Source: Basidiobolus meristosporus CBS 931.73
Lineage: Eukaryota; Fungi; Basidiobolomycota
Direction: 5' to 3'
DNA length: 64,000 nucleotides
Assembly: GCA_002104905.1 (NCBI GenBank)
Contig: MCFE01000342.1
Location: 1 to 64,000, forward strand
Positions 22,314 to 34,859 of the stretch are shown in pieces. The position numbers were made by a program, and so were the translations under genes. Under the pieces are notes generated by a model that was given only the letters and a program-made list of their open reading frames with translations, searched no databases and was not told the origin of the DNA. Numbering within the stretch: the stretch's first letter is position 1; every line of letters starts with the position of its first letter.

Positions 22314-23826
22314 ATGTCCACCATCCTGAATGCTGCCCACGCGTCCTCTTCCAAATCCCCCACCAATTCCAGTGAACTCGACCCTTCGAAATCCTCCTCT
22401 TCGGACTTCGGTAAGTATTCTCGTTGGCTATACGGAACCCCTCTCACCCTCTTCACCCTCTTCACCCTTCGTATTCACCACTCCTAACCAAACCGCCCAC
22501 TGCGCGGCTTCCCTCTGCTTATGCCCCTTAGTTCGATGCTCACGCCCGTTTCACCTAGGTTCCATCGGCTTTGATTCCAGTAATCTCTACCTGACCAAGC
22601 CCTACCCAAGCCACGAGCCCAAAGTGGCGAACGGCCCACGCGAGAAAGCACTGCCTGGGGTGTTCAGTCTGACCAAGCCCCCAGGGTCGACCATTTATCC
22701 GGGCCCGCAGACTGGCTTCTCGCGAGACCCGGCTGAGTATCGTGAACACGACACCAGCTCAAGGTACGCTGAAAGTCGACCCGGATATGATCCCTTAAGG
22801 GGCGTCCCGCATTTGAGGGCCCATCTACATCCCGAAAGCAGTATACCTTATCGCAGACACTCGGTTGCAGGGTTACCCGGTGGCTCCCAACCGCTTCCCC
22901 TTCCTCATGGTGGCCGTCGCGAGCAACGGTCCCCATCGACTCTGGCGAAATCTTTGGTCGGGGGCGGAGGTGCCGACCCGCAGGAAGAGACCGATACCTC
23001 GCCCCATGAGAACCGGTATCCCATGCGCCCCCTCGAGGTCAAGACACCAAGGGGATCCCAGTCCTATGCCCTCATCTGCACATCGACGACGTGCATCCCT
23101 GTGCGCCGGCTTTCCCACACCGCCCAAGCTGATCTCCGGGTTTCCACGGGACCCTCATTCGACCAATGAGGCTATCGGCCCCAGCTCCACCCCGTTGAAT
23201 CTCCCCAAGATACAAGTGATCGAAGGATTCACCAATGGGTATCCTAACAAGACCTCATCCTCGACCTCTAGCTACCCAAACCCAAACCCGAGCTCGAACC
23301 CAGGCCAAAGTCCATCCCACAAGGGGCTCCTAGACCGACCAGCCTTTCGACAGGAAGGTTGGATGGGTCGACGAGCTTCCCTACCGGTGATCAGCCATCC
23401 ACTACCCGCAGACCCCGACCTCCGCGAGTACACCTTCCCGGGGGTATCGGAGGAGGAGAGGTCCGGGCCGTACTCGCGTACCCCTGCCCTCAAGGTCTCC
23501 CACAAGCTGGCGGAGAGGAAACGCCGTAAGGAGATGAAGGAACTTTTCGACGAGCTGCGGGAGCACCTCCCAGTGGAGAAACGTGTCAAGCTGAGCAAAT
23601 GGGAGATCCTGAGTAAATGTAAGCCCACCAGCATCACCACCAAACCTACCCGTTTGGTAAATTCTCCCCCCCCCAACCCGGGCTAATCCATCTTTGCCAT
23701 CTTTCTCATCTAGCCTTCGAGTACATCCAGCAGCTCCACACCAACCAGGAGAAGCTGTCCCGGGAGGCGTCCGACCTTCGTCACCAGGTGGCCGTGTTGA
23801 AGCAGGCCCGTCGGTCCTCTTCGTGA
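22314..23826 (+). CDS. bHLH transcription factor (C-terminal bHLH, low-complexity N-terminus), multi-exon; middle intron ambiguous
   Basis: [24 protein letters not shown]...LSKWEILSK|SFEYIQQL; intron 22411-22558; stop at 23824-23826. Confidence 0.85.
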
Positions 23827-24444
23827 GGGACCCTTCCTCCAATCTCATGGCTCGGTGGGTGGGCAGGAAGACATCGCTGCGGATGGAGGGACCCCCAAAT
23901 GCCGCCTTGGCGATCATCCCTTGATGTGTACACTGCCCCTGAATCCATCCCAACCTACATGCCCACCCCTCTTTCACCCCACCCCCACTTTCACCCCTTC
24001 CCACCACCACTATGACTTGCTTATCCCTACACTTCCAGTTCTCTCCACCACACCACATCACACCAACTGAAGCCCGACCCATCACTTCATGGGATCAGTC
24101 CCCCTAACCCCGAACCGCCCTTCCCGGGCTGGGTCGCGTGGCCCGTACACGTACACTTCTACGTGTCCACTCCATTCCACTCAACCCCACACCACAAATG
24201 TACTCGTGTGCGCAGGTATTTCCAACAGCCAATATACTGGCGGGCGTCTGGATTGGCCCTCACCACTGAAATCCCACCCCCCTTGCATGCTCTCCCCCTG
24301 GGACTGCATTGTATACCCATTGATCTGACTCGTACCTCTACCCATCAGAGATGCTATTCTGGGTCCTCCCTTTTGCACCGGTCCTTGCTGATCCACGGGT
24401 TGGTGGAGGTTCCAACACTTCCCAAAATCTCTCTGCGCAAATAG

Positions 24445-24664
24445 CCGCAGCTGTCAACAGCTGTTGTCTTCTTGGGTAAATCTTGGCCATGACAGAATTC
24501 AGACTGCTCTGGGCTATGGTGTTAATTGGTGTGAACTTCTGCCTTTTTCTCATGCTCTCCTCTCCCTGGCTTAGGTAGACTTTGTTCCCTTGACCTTTTC
24601 CTTTATCACTGCCAGGTGTTTCACCACTACTTTGTCCAAGTGCTCTTTTACTGTGCATCAACAT
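24445..24664 (-). mobile_element. Fragment of the CACTA-associated ORF2 family
   Basis: QSSGETPGSDKGKGQGNKVY..QKFTPIN aligns with QSSSEKPGSDKGKGKGKTVY..LQFLPIN at ~33,825-33,940. Confidence 0.75.
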
Positions 24665-24787
24665 TCAAAAGTTGGTCAACTTTACTCAGTTAGAAAATCT
24701 GGTATCCTAACTGATTTTCCCTCACCCAAACATAACTAATCCCAATTGTGGCTTATTTTACCCTATCTCAGAATCCATCTTTAGCAG

Positions 24788-25345
24788 TGACACCAGATCA
24801 ATTGTCACATGCTTGTTATGTTACCAACTGATCTGCCAAGCCTTTCCAGGTGATTAGTCATCTGAGATCTGCTTGACCACTGAGCAGTTGCTAACACATC
24901 AGCTGATTGATGATGCAGTTTTCATATATTTTATGCACCTATCAGCACACAAGTTGGTTTTGATCAATCTGTCTCTTGGTGTTTACAAATTTAGCTTGAT
25001 CACTAAAGTATCAATAAAGTTTACTGAACCTTTTGGTCTAGCATGTGTCTCAATATAATCAAGATTGGGACTCAGCAAAAATATGAATGTCAGCAATTTT
25101 GTTCTAGTTTCTATCCAAGCACTAGGACATCTAGCTCCCCCAAGAACATCAAGCCTAGCCTGCATAGCAAATCAACTCCATTACCTTTGTAGCCAGGACT
25201 AACTATATCCAAGACCAATATTAGACCACAATCTCTCAGCTGATAGTTCTGCCACCCTCTGACAATTCTAAGATTCTGCACTTGGTTGTACCTTTGATTC
25301 AATCAAATTATTCAAGAGTTTCAATAAGCTTTTCACTTGGATACA
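24788..25345 (+). mobile_element. LTR-like repeat, family Y (TGACA...ATACA)
   Basis: Reverse complement aligns along its length with 40876-41410; TG..CA ends; followed by a coiled-coil-like open frame (25422-25637) that may be a gag start. Confidence 0.65.
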
Positions 25346-25714
25346 TTATTCTTTTGTTGGATTCCATCTACATCCAACCACTTTACAAAAGTCCTCAACA
25401 GCAAGCAATCCCAATCTTTCCATGTTGGAAGAAGCCCAAAGAAGTCAGGAAGAACTGACTGGACAGCTTGAAAACATCATGCTGGAAAGTAACACCATAT
25501 TGCCAGAGCACTCCAAGCTTGCCAAGCCAAGAAATGATGTTCACCATATAGATGAACTCCTTGAACTTATATCTGATTACCAAGATGAAATTGATATAAT
25601 CAACAGAAGATCTGGATGTTGTTGTCATTGTAACTGATGGCATTGAATATCTTGCATGCCTTGCTCTGCATCAGTCATCAAGAAGTCATGCATTTGGATT
25701 CTCCAGATTTACAT

Positions 25715-27456
25715 TGCTGTAAGAGTCTTGGAGAGATTGGAAGTAATTGGGAGAACAAGTAGATTATGTGGTTTTCACTTAATGATTTATTGAATGTAAA
25801 AGTAGTATTTATACTTTCACCTGGTCTTGGCATTACAAGCACATAGAATAGGTTAAGGAAGGTCCCAAGAACATGTGTGCAAAGTTTGGGGCTTCTTCTG
25901 TCTTCTAATTTTGTCCCCAATCTGCATCAGAGTATCCCACAAGATCTTGTTCTGAATCCTTATAAGTGTATCTTAAGCTGATATCAGCAGTTCCTTTTAG
26001 GTAGCTAAATATCTGCTTAACTGCTGCAATATGATCAGATCCATAGTTCTGATTATGTTGGCTGACAACTCCCACTGAATATGAGATATCTGGACGTGTC
26101 CCAAGCATGATATACATCAGACTGCCAACCATGGATTGATAAGGAAAGTCAGGGCTTTCAGATGGCACCAAGCACTCTTAATTTGGTTGAGTTTTGACCA
26201 AGTTAAGGTTTGTCTCCATTGAGGTAGCTGCTGGTTTACAGTCTTCCATTTTGTACTTCTTTAGTATATCTTGAATATACTTGGATTGGCTTAGGGTAAT
26301 AGTCTGGGTACTTCTGTCTATGGAGAACTTAATCCCTAAGTAGTAACTAAGTTCTCCTAGATCAGACATCTTGAACTCCTTAGATAGGCTGGATTTAGTC
26401 TCTTCCAATGTTTCTAGGTTATTGGCGGCTATAATAAGATCATCCACATATAGAGCTAATAGAACTGGATTTGCTCTATCTGGCTTATAGTATATACTAT
26501 AGTCAGCATTACTTCTTTTGAAACTCAAAGATTCCAAATAAGAATCTATCTTGCAATTCCTGGCTCTTGGTGATTATTTGAGACCATAAAGAGACTTTTT
26601 AAGCTTGCAGACCAAATGGGGGTTATCCTTGTCAACAGATCCATCAGGCTGATCCATATACATGTCCTGATCATGTTCTCCATTCAAAAATGCAGCTTTA
26701 CATTAATTTGATGAATAAAAAACTTATATTTGGCTGCAATAGCCAGTATTAATTTGATTGAATTAAACTTGGCTACTGATGCAAAGGTCTCAATATAGTC
26801 AAGTCCTTTTGTTTAAGAGTATCCTTTGGCCACAGGTCTTGCTTTATATCCTACAATTGTACCATCAGCCTTGTATTTTATCTTGAAGACCCATCTGCTT
26901 CCAATAGATTTTTGGTTGATTGGTAATATGACCATGTCCAAATTCAATTTTCCACTAGGGGCTGATATTCTTCAGTCATTGCATATCTCAATATTGTCTG
27001 AGGACCTTTTAGGGCCACTTTTACAGTCTGGGGCTCATCAATATGGACTGAATAGGCATAGGATAAGCTTGTACCCTCATTGATATAGTTCTTTGGGCTA
27101 TTTCTTGTCAGGTTGGATCTCTGGGCATTTGATACTGCAATGATCACTTCTGGGATATTCCTGGGCACTGTTTCAGGCTGAACCACGGTTGTAGAGTCCT
27201 CTGGAGTGAAAAAAAATTCATTGTTTTGCTCTGATTCAATTCTGACAATTGGTGGACTTGAGATCAGATTTTTGTCATCATCTGATGTCATCTTTTGCAA
27301 AAATTTAGAATTTTCATCAAACAACATATCCCTGGACTTGATAAGCTTCTTTGCTTTGGTATTGTCAAGTGTGTATACTTTACTCACTTTGCAGTAGTTC
27401 AAAAATATGCATTTTCACATTTTGGCTCAAATTTTGACTGATTTTTGGGCAGTTCT
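25715..27456 (-). mobile_element. Degraded Ty1/Copia fragment: integrase C-terminus, RT, partial LTR (25715-~25895)
   Basis: LALYVDDLII, KFSIDRS, PYQSMVGSLMYIMLGTRPDISYSVG, GYSDADW; stops and frameshifts. Confidence 0.9.
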
Positions 27457-28163
27457 TGTTGTAAGAGTCTTGGAGATTTTGGAAGTGACTTGGGAGGACA
27501 AGTAGAATATGTGGCTTCCACTTAATGATTTACTAAATGTAAAGTAGTATTTATACTTTTACATGGTCTTAGCACTACAAATATGTAGAATAGGTGAAGG
27601 AAGGACCCAAGAACATTTGTGCAGAGTTTGAGGCTGTTTGGACAACTTTGAGAATGTTGATGTTTGGGATACTGGATATTTTGGTGAAAATATTCTAAGT
27701 AAATCCTAACAAGGAATTTGGTTAGTATTCCCTAGGATTTGAAGGTAATGATCTCAGCAACTAAGTTGGGTGAAAATTTAAGTAGAATTACAAAGTTTTA
27801 CAACACTCCCACTCAGCTAAATTTTCATACTGACTAGTCCTAATTTTGACCTAAGATATTCAAACTTTGTCTAGCTAATGGCTTGGTAAATATGTCTGCA
27901 ATCATTTCATCTGTAGGACAGTAAGCTAAGCTAACTAAGTTATTCTCTATAGCTTCACATATGAACTGATGTCAGAGATCTATGTGCTTGGTTCTAGCAT
28001 GAGAAGTTGGATTCCTACCTAATTGTATACATCTTTGGTTATCTTGAAAAAAGGTAATAAGTGTTTTTTGACATAGTCCTAAATCTGTAAAAAGCTTTCT
28101 TAACCACATTGCTTCTTTTGTAGCTTCACAGGCTGCCATATATTCTGCCTCTGTGGTAGAAAG
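27457..28163 (-). mobile_element. Copia 3' end: RNase H fragment, PPT and 3' LTR (27457-27805)
   Basis: LSTTEAEYMAACEATKEAMWLRKL; PPT AGCTGAGTGGGAG; 349-bp LTR with TGTTGTAA/TTACAACA ends. Confidence 0.9.
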
Positions 28164-31100
28164 TGTTGTAGAATTTGTTATTCCACCTGAAATATTCACC
28201 TAACTTAGTCACTTAGATCATTACCTTCCAATCCTAGCATATACTGACCAGATTTCCTGTTGTGATATACTGAGAATAATATCACCAAAATACCAGGTAC
28301 TCAGAGCATGAAAATTCTCAAAGTTGTCCAAGCAGACCCAAACTTTGCACACATGCTCTTTGGACCTTCCTTAATCCACTCTATGTCTTTGTTATGCCAA
28401 GACTATGTAAAAGCATAAACACTACTTTTACATTCAATAAATCATTAAGTGAAAACCACATAATCTACTTGTTCTCCCTATCACTTCCAATATTTTCAAG
28501 ACTCTTACAGCAGATTATGAGCCCTGAGCTGTCCCTCTCTGCAGTGTTTACTACTGCTATTACTGGAATTTTTCCCTCTGCTGAAAAGTTGGAAGGATCT
28601 AACCACCAAGTGCGGATGGTGAAGATGAAGATGCTGCTACAAGAAAGAGGCCTTTGGGATATTGTCATGGGAGAAGAATGCCCTCCTAAAGATGTGGGAG
28701 AGGAAGCCCTAAAGTACCAGAAGTAACGAACAAAGTGCCTTTCACTGCATTTGCCTTAATGTTAAGGACAAACTGCTAATTCAATACTCAGGAGTAAAAA
28801 CAGCAAAGAATGCCTGAAAGGTATTAGAAGACACCTACCAGTCATGTTCAGCTGCTAAAAAAATGTATCTGAGGTGAAAACTCATTACTACAAAGATGCT
28901 TCCAGGAGTAGAAATGAAAAATCTAATTAACTGAATTACCCTGCTGGTATATGAGATGGAATCTGTGGGTGTACCAACAACTGATAAGGATGTGATTGTC
29001 ACCATCCTGAATAGCCTGACAGACAGGTTTCAGGGCCTTGTATCAGCCCTATAGTCCAGAACTGAAGATTTGACCTTAAATTACATTTATGGAAGGCTCC
29101 TGGATGAAGAATTAAGAAAACAAGTGCCAACAAAGAAGAAGAAGAAAATGCTTTAATAAGCAATGATAACCCACAAAGGAGGTGTCCAAGACCTTTTAGA
29201 GGCAATAGCAACCTGTTTTGCAACTACTGCAAAAGGAAAGGACACACATCAGACTTGTGCTTCCAAAAGAGAGATAGTCAGCAGAAAAAGCCTGAATATG
29301 GAAAAGCTGCAACAACTCACAATAGTCTAATCATATCTGCACTAAGTATGACCACAAACAAGAGTTCTCAGACTGGGTATATTGACTCTGGAGCATCTCA
29401 ACACTTTACACACTAATAAGAACTTTTTACCCACTATTGAGAAATTTCAATTAAGAAGGTTTTCATGGGTGACAATAGAACACTTGATGCAGTCAGGAGA
29501 AGGACCTATCAAAGTAAGCCTAAGAAGCAGTGAAGGAAGCCACACACTGACCTTTAAAGAAATACTTTCTGTACCAGAAATAGTCAAGAACCTACTATCT
29601 GTGAGCAAGGCCACAGCAGAAGGACTCAGTTTCAGCTTTGACAATTCAGGATGCAAGATCACTGATCAAAATAGTGCCCATATTACTTTGGGTATCAGAG
29701 ATTGCATTCTATACAAGTTGACTTATATTCCATCATATCTGGAAGCCAATATAAGTAACTTAAATGAAGAAACCCCAAAGCTTTGGCATAGGAGATTTGG
29801 GCACATCAATTTTGATTATTTGTGCAAAATGATATAAGATCAACTAGTTTCTGGAGTAAAAGTTTATCCCCCAGCTAACTTGGAGCACTGTGAAGCCTGC
29901 ATATATGGGAAACAAGCCAGACAGCTGTTCAAGAGCTCTGGGTCAAGCAAAAGTAAGAAAAAGTTGGATCTAATTCACTCAGATCTGTGTGGACCAATGC
30001 AAATTTATCCTTAGGCAGGATGAAGTTTTTAATCACTTTTATTGATGATTGTACAAGATACATGTGGATTTACTTCATGGAGAGAAAGGCAGAAGCTCTG
30101 TCTAAGCTCAGGGAGTTCAAAGCCATGGTGAATAGAGAAACTGGTGAAAAAATCAAGAAAATATGCTCTCACAATGGTGGAGAATATGCCTCAAAACTGT
30201 TTATCCACGTTTGCAAATTTCATGGGATAAAGCAAGAGACTACTGTAACATACTCCCCACAGCACAATGAAGTAGCAGAATGTGCAAAAAGATTAATAAT
30301 TGATATGGCAAGATCTATGATCCATGATCAAAAATTATCCTATGATTTATGGGCAGAATCAGTTGCCACAGCTATATACCTTGAGAATAGAAGCTATAAC
30401 AGAATACTTTGTGATTCTACTCCATTTGAAAGCATGGTGTGGATACAGAGCAAGAGTAGAACATCTAAGTATATTTTTTTGCTGTACAGCATATGCCAAG
30501 AAACTACCCAGAAATCAGTCAAAATTTGAACCAAAAAGTGTAAAATGCATATTTTTGGGCTACTGCAATGAGGGTAAAGCATACAGACTCTACAATACCA
30601 AAGCAAAGATGCTAATCAAGTCCAGGGATGTGCTGTTTGATGAAAACTCAAAATTTTCTCAAAAAATAACATCAGATGATGACAAAATCTAATATCAAGT
30701 CCCCCAATTGTGAGGATTGAATCAGAGCAAAACAATGAATGTTTTTCTACTCCAGAGGACTCTACAACTGTGGTTCAGCCTGAAACAGTGCCCAGGAAAA
30801 TCCCAGAAGTGATCATTTCAGTATCAAATGGCCAGAGATCCAATTGGACAAGAAACAGCCCAAATTACTATATCAATGAGGGTACATTCTTAGCCTATGC
30901 CTATTCAGTCCATATTGATGAACCCCAGCCTGTAAAGAGGCCCTAAATAGCCCGCAGACAAAGTTTTGGAGATCTGCAATGACTGAGGAATATCAGGCCC
31001 TGATGGAAAATCAAACTTGGGACTTAGTCAAATTACCAATCATCTAAAAATCAATTGGATGCATATGAGTTTTCAAGACAAAATACAAGGCTGATGGTAC

Positions 31101-31505
31101 AATTGAAAGATTCAGAGCAAGGCTTGTGGCCAAAGGATACTCTCAAACAAAAGGACTTGATTAAAGTGGGACCTTTGCACTGGTAGCCAAGTTTAATTCC
31201 ATCAGATTGATATTAGCTATTGCAGCCAAATATAGTTTTTTATTCATCAAATGGATGTAAAAGCTGCACTTCTGAATGATGGGCTTGATGAGGACATACA
31301 TATGAGCCAGCCTGATGAGTTTTTTTACCAAGATAATGTCTATATGGTCTGCAAGCTCAAAATGCTTCTATATGGTCTCAAACAATCACCAAGAGCCTGT
31401 AGTTGCAAGATAGATTCTTATTTGGAATCTCTGAGTTTCAAAAGAGGTAATGCTGACTATAGTATAAACTATAAACCAGATAGAGCAAATCCAGCTCTAT
31501 TAGCT
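28164..31505 (+). mobile_element. 3'-truncated, degraded Copia: 5' LTR 28164-28512, PBS, gag, PR, IN, partial RT
   Basis: PBS GATTATGAGCCC overlapping the gag ATG; zinc knuckle CNYCKRKGHTSDLC; WYIDSGASQH; LWHRRFGHIN; FIDDCTRY; HQMDVKAA. Confidence 0.92.
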
Positions 31506-32265
31506 ATCTGGAGTGTGAACAATGTTTTCCCTCAATGGTGGTGGATTCCTGACAATTTGGACATGTTGCAATGGTAGCATTTTTGGATGTGAATGCCATG
31601 CAACTGTTAACACATGCTGGAATCAGGACAGTCTCTGGATCATATGTTGCCAGCCACATGACGGTTGTCCACTTGTACCATGTACATGGTAAGTTGCATC
31701 CTGGTATGATTTTGGCAAGAAGTAGTAATAAATCCTCAAAACCCCCATTACTGATATTAGTGGAAACTCACCACTTCTCTAGCCACAACATCTCATCATT
31801 CACCAGTAGATGGATTACTGGGCTCACTAGGCTCCATAAAGTATCCTTGGCATTTGTCTCATTGCATATAGGGATTTGACTGGGCTCATAAGTGGTACTG
31901 TTGTTAGGGGAGATAGGCTCAAAATCCATCAGTGAACCTTCTTTGTCAGAGCTATCACTCTGTGTGCCATATTCAGAAGGCTGAGGTGAGCCTAAAGGTG
32001 TCACAAACTCACCTGACTGAGTTTGCGCAAGGTGACAAAGACGGCCAGGTGCCAATATAGAAGTATCAACTGGCCAGCAAGATAATGTTGGTACAGTAGT
32101 GACCAATGAATGGTCAAATATGACTTGGGTGGCAAAACACTGGCAGTGATCCTTGTAATACTTCCTATGCTGTCTGTGTGCTTCATGGCTGAGAGGCATG
32201 CCACAATAGCCACATGGTCTTTTTTCTCTTCTCTTACAGTGTTGAGTCAAAGTAGTCTTGTCCAT
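31506..32265 (-). mobile_element. CACTA/EnSpm-like transposase, N-terminal part (degraded)
   Basis: Frame continues past a stop into PACVNSCMAF..ATCPNCQE, the Cys pattern typical of CACTA Tnp2 N-termini; an additional N-terminal CGYC..H..H motif. Confidence 0.65.
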
Positions 32266-32487
32266 GGGGCAAACAGTTTGACCTTCAACAACATAACACT
32301 ATTATATCACTTTTTGGTCAATACTCATGTGAACTTAAGACAGTCTTGTATTTGAGACATTGCACCTACATGAATGTAAGATTCAATGATGACCCACCAT
32401 AGTAAGCATTATAAATAAAGTTGTGGCACCACATACACACGTATATGTAACACTATTTCCCCTTTGGTTTTACTCACTTCCATATAT

Positions 32488-34440
32488 ATGCCGCCAAAAA
32501 ATAAAGCAAAGTTGTCTGGTTCTCAATCAAACCCCACCGCTGATGGCAACAGAAGAACGGTTGGACAACAGCTTGCTTTGACATTCAGTGCAACAAGCAG
32601 GGCTACATCCAAAAAAGGCCCTGTGGACAGTGTGCCCATTGAAGGTAATAATGCAGACTCCTCAGGCTCTCAGTCAAGTAGGCAATTGAGAACCTCTGCG
32701 GAGCCACAAGCTGACTGTTATGCTCAGGCAGATGAGAATGTAGCAAACACAGTACCCTCTGTTGAAGATCAGCAAGTGGCCATAATAACATCACCACCAC
32801 CCATATTAGCAAGTATGTTGTCAGCTCATACCAAAGCATTAATGAAGCATTTAGGTGCAGTGGCTGATAGGATAAATGCAATGGCCCAGAAAAATCAGGA
32901 AGTAGTCCAGAAACAGGATGAGCAGATATTACGTGTAGAGCAATCAATGTCCCAGGTAGAGAAAGCAGTATCTTTGCTGCAAAGAAGGAACTCAAGTAGC
33001 TCAATGTCACAACCAAGAATTGAGCCATTTCCTGATGTAACAGCAGAGGAACATTGTACAGTCTTTGAAGCACAACAACAGTGCCCAAAGATAAAGCCCA
33101 CAGAAAAACCTATCACAGCATGGCAGGGAGACAATGTGGTGTTTATACCAAAGCCTAAAAGTCAAAAGACATTGAAGATCTGTGAAGCCGTTGAGTGCAA
33201 TAATGAAGAGTGGGCTAATATACAACAGGCCGTCAGAAGTCTAGCATGCCATCACCTTAAGGCCAGCATACCATGGGACCATCAGGAACTCAAGGCAAAG
33301 CAGAATGCACTTGACTTGTTCCATGAGCATTATCCTGGATTCAAACAGGCAAACAGATTTTGGGCTAGCATAGGTATGCTAAGAAAGTATCTTAAGAATA
33401 GCAGAAACTATCAAAGGCAGAAGAACAAGGGTGCCATGGCTAAAAACCAGCAGCTTCCTCAAGAGCCCATTACAAGCAGGGTTGAAAGCTCCAGACAAGC
33501 ATCAAAGAGATGTCAGGCAGCTGGAAGAGTGCCAATTAAGGACAAGCAGGCAGACATGGATGCACCAGCACAACATTTATCAAGGAAAAAGCGTAGTACC
33601 ACTCAAGAAGCACCCAGTCAAAGTAGCAGTGAAGGACCTGGTAGTGATAAAAACCAGCCGCTTTTACGGGAGCCTGTCACAACTACAGTTGAGAGCTCAA
33701 AACAAGCTGAAAAGAAACGTCAGGTTGCCAGAAGAGTGCCAGCAAGGGACAAGCAGGCCAAAGCAGATGCGTCAGAGCAGAATTTATCCAGGAGAAAACA
33801 TAGTTCTTTATAAGAAGCACTCAGACAAAGTAGCAGTGAAAAACCTGGCAGTGATAAAGGAAAAGGCAAAGGGAAAACTGTCTACCCAAGCCTGAGACAG
33901 GGAGGCATGCAAAAAAAACTGCAGTTCTTGCCAATTAATGCCGCAAGCCAGGAACAGACTGAAACCCATCATAGCCAAGAAGAATTACCAACAAGAAAAC
34001 AGCTGTTCTCACAAGAGTTGGAAGCGCAGCCAGTTGAGCTACACTCCAGCAAGGTAGATGAGTTTGCTGAAAAAGGCAATTTGTCTTCCACAGCCTCCAC
34101 AGCCTCCACAGCCTCCATTGTTGACAGAGTGGAGATCCCACTGACAGACAAGGCTACAATGTCAAGAGCTCAAAAGACTATCACAATGCTTTCAGTGGAG
34201 TTTTGGAACATTAATAGGCACACCAAGAGGTTGCAGCACTTCTTCAAGAGCAGTGCTCAAGAAAACGCACTGGAATATTGCAAGGATTTATTGCAAAGAC
34301 TGGCAGATGAGGAGCTAGACCTTGCAGTGCTAGCTGAAGACCAGGACATATGGGAACCAGTGAATGAACAGTGGCATAAAGCCGTTGGGTTCCCGCCAAA
34401 GTTCGTGGAACCAGAGCATTACAGCAGAAATACTTATTGA
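32488..34440 (+). pseudogene. CACTA-associated ORF2 (~650 codons) broken by a single premature TAA at 33811-33813
   Basis: ORFs 32464-33813 and 33907-34440 are in the same frame; the stop aligns with CAA in the internal repeat; coiled coil plus the WANIQ..WDHQ..FWASIGMLRKYLKN domain; head-to-head with the transposase. Confidence 0.7.
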
Positions 34441-34859
34441 GTGGTGGATTTTAATGGAGTTACTTGTTGAGTATGGGCTTAGGCTTAACGTTAGTGTAGG
34501 GTATAGAGACTTGTATAGGTCAATACAATTGGCAATTGAGGTACAACTGAAGTTTCAACGGAAATAAATCAATTTGTACGCATGAAAAGTAAGAGAAATG
34601 ACTGAGTCAGGAAGTAAGAAGTGTGAAAAAGAGGCAATAGCCAATCAATTCACACAAACGTAGGAGGCAATAGAGTGTCCGGGATCAGAAAGTGAGCAAA
34701 TTGGCAGGGAACCAATCAAAAGCCACTTATACATTGTTGTGATGAAAAATTTTGACAAAGTTTTTTGTGAAATCTGGGGTGCAATTATTTTTCAACGGTC
34801 TCTGGATGGAGTCCTGACAAGATCAGTGCCTCTCAGTCTTGGGACATTAACTTTGTGAC

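Noticed and set aside
10900-24085. Long antisense or alternate-frame ORFs over genes (e.g. 10996-11463, 15186-15530, 23402-24085)
   Set aside because: Expected by-products of GC-rich codon usage opposite well-supported genes; no motifs.
32464-34440. Host gene stranded in the TE block
   Set aside because: Three homologous fragments in the window, CpG decay and adjacency to a CACTA-type transposase indicate a TE gene.
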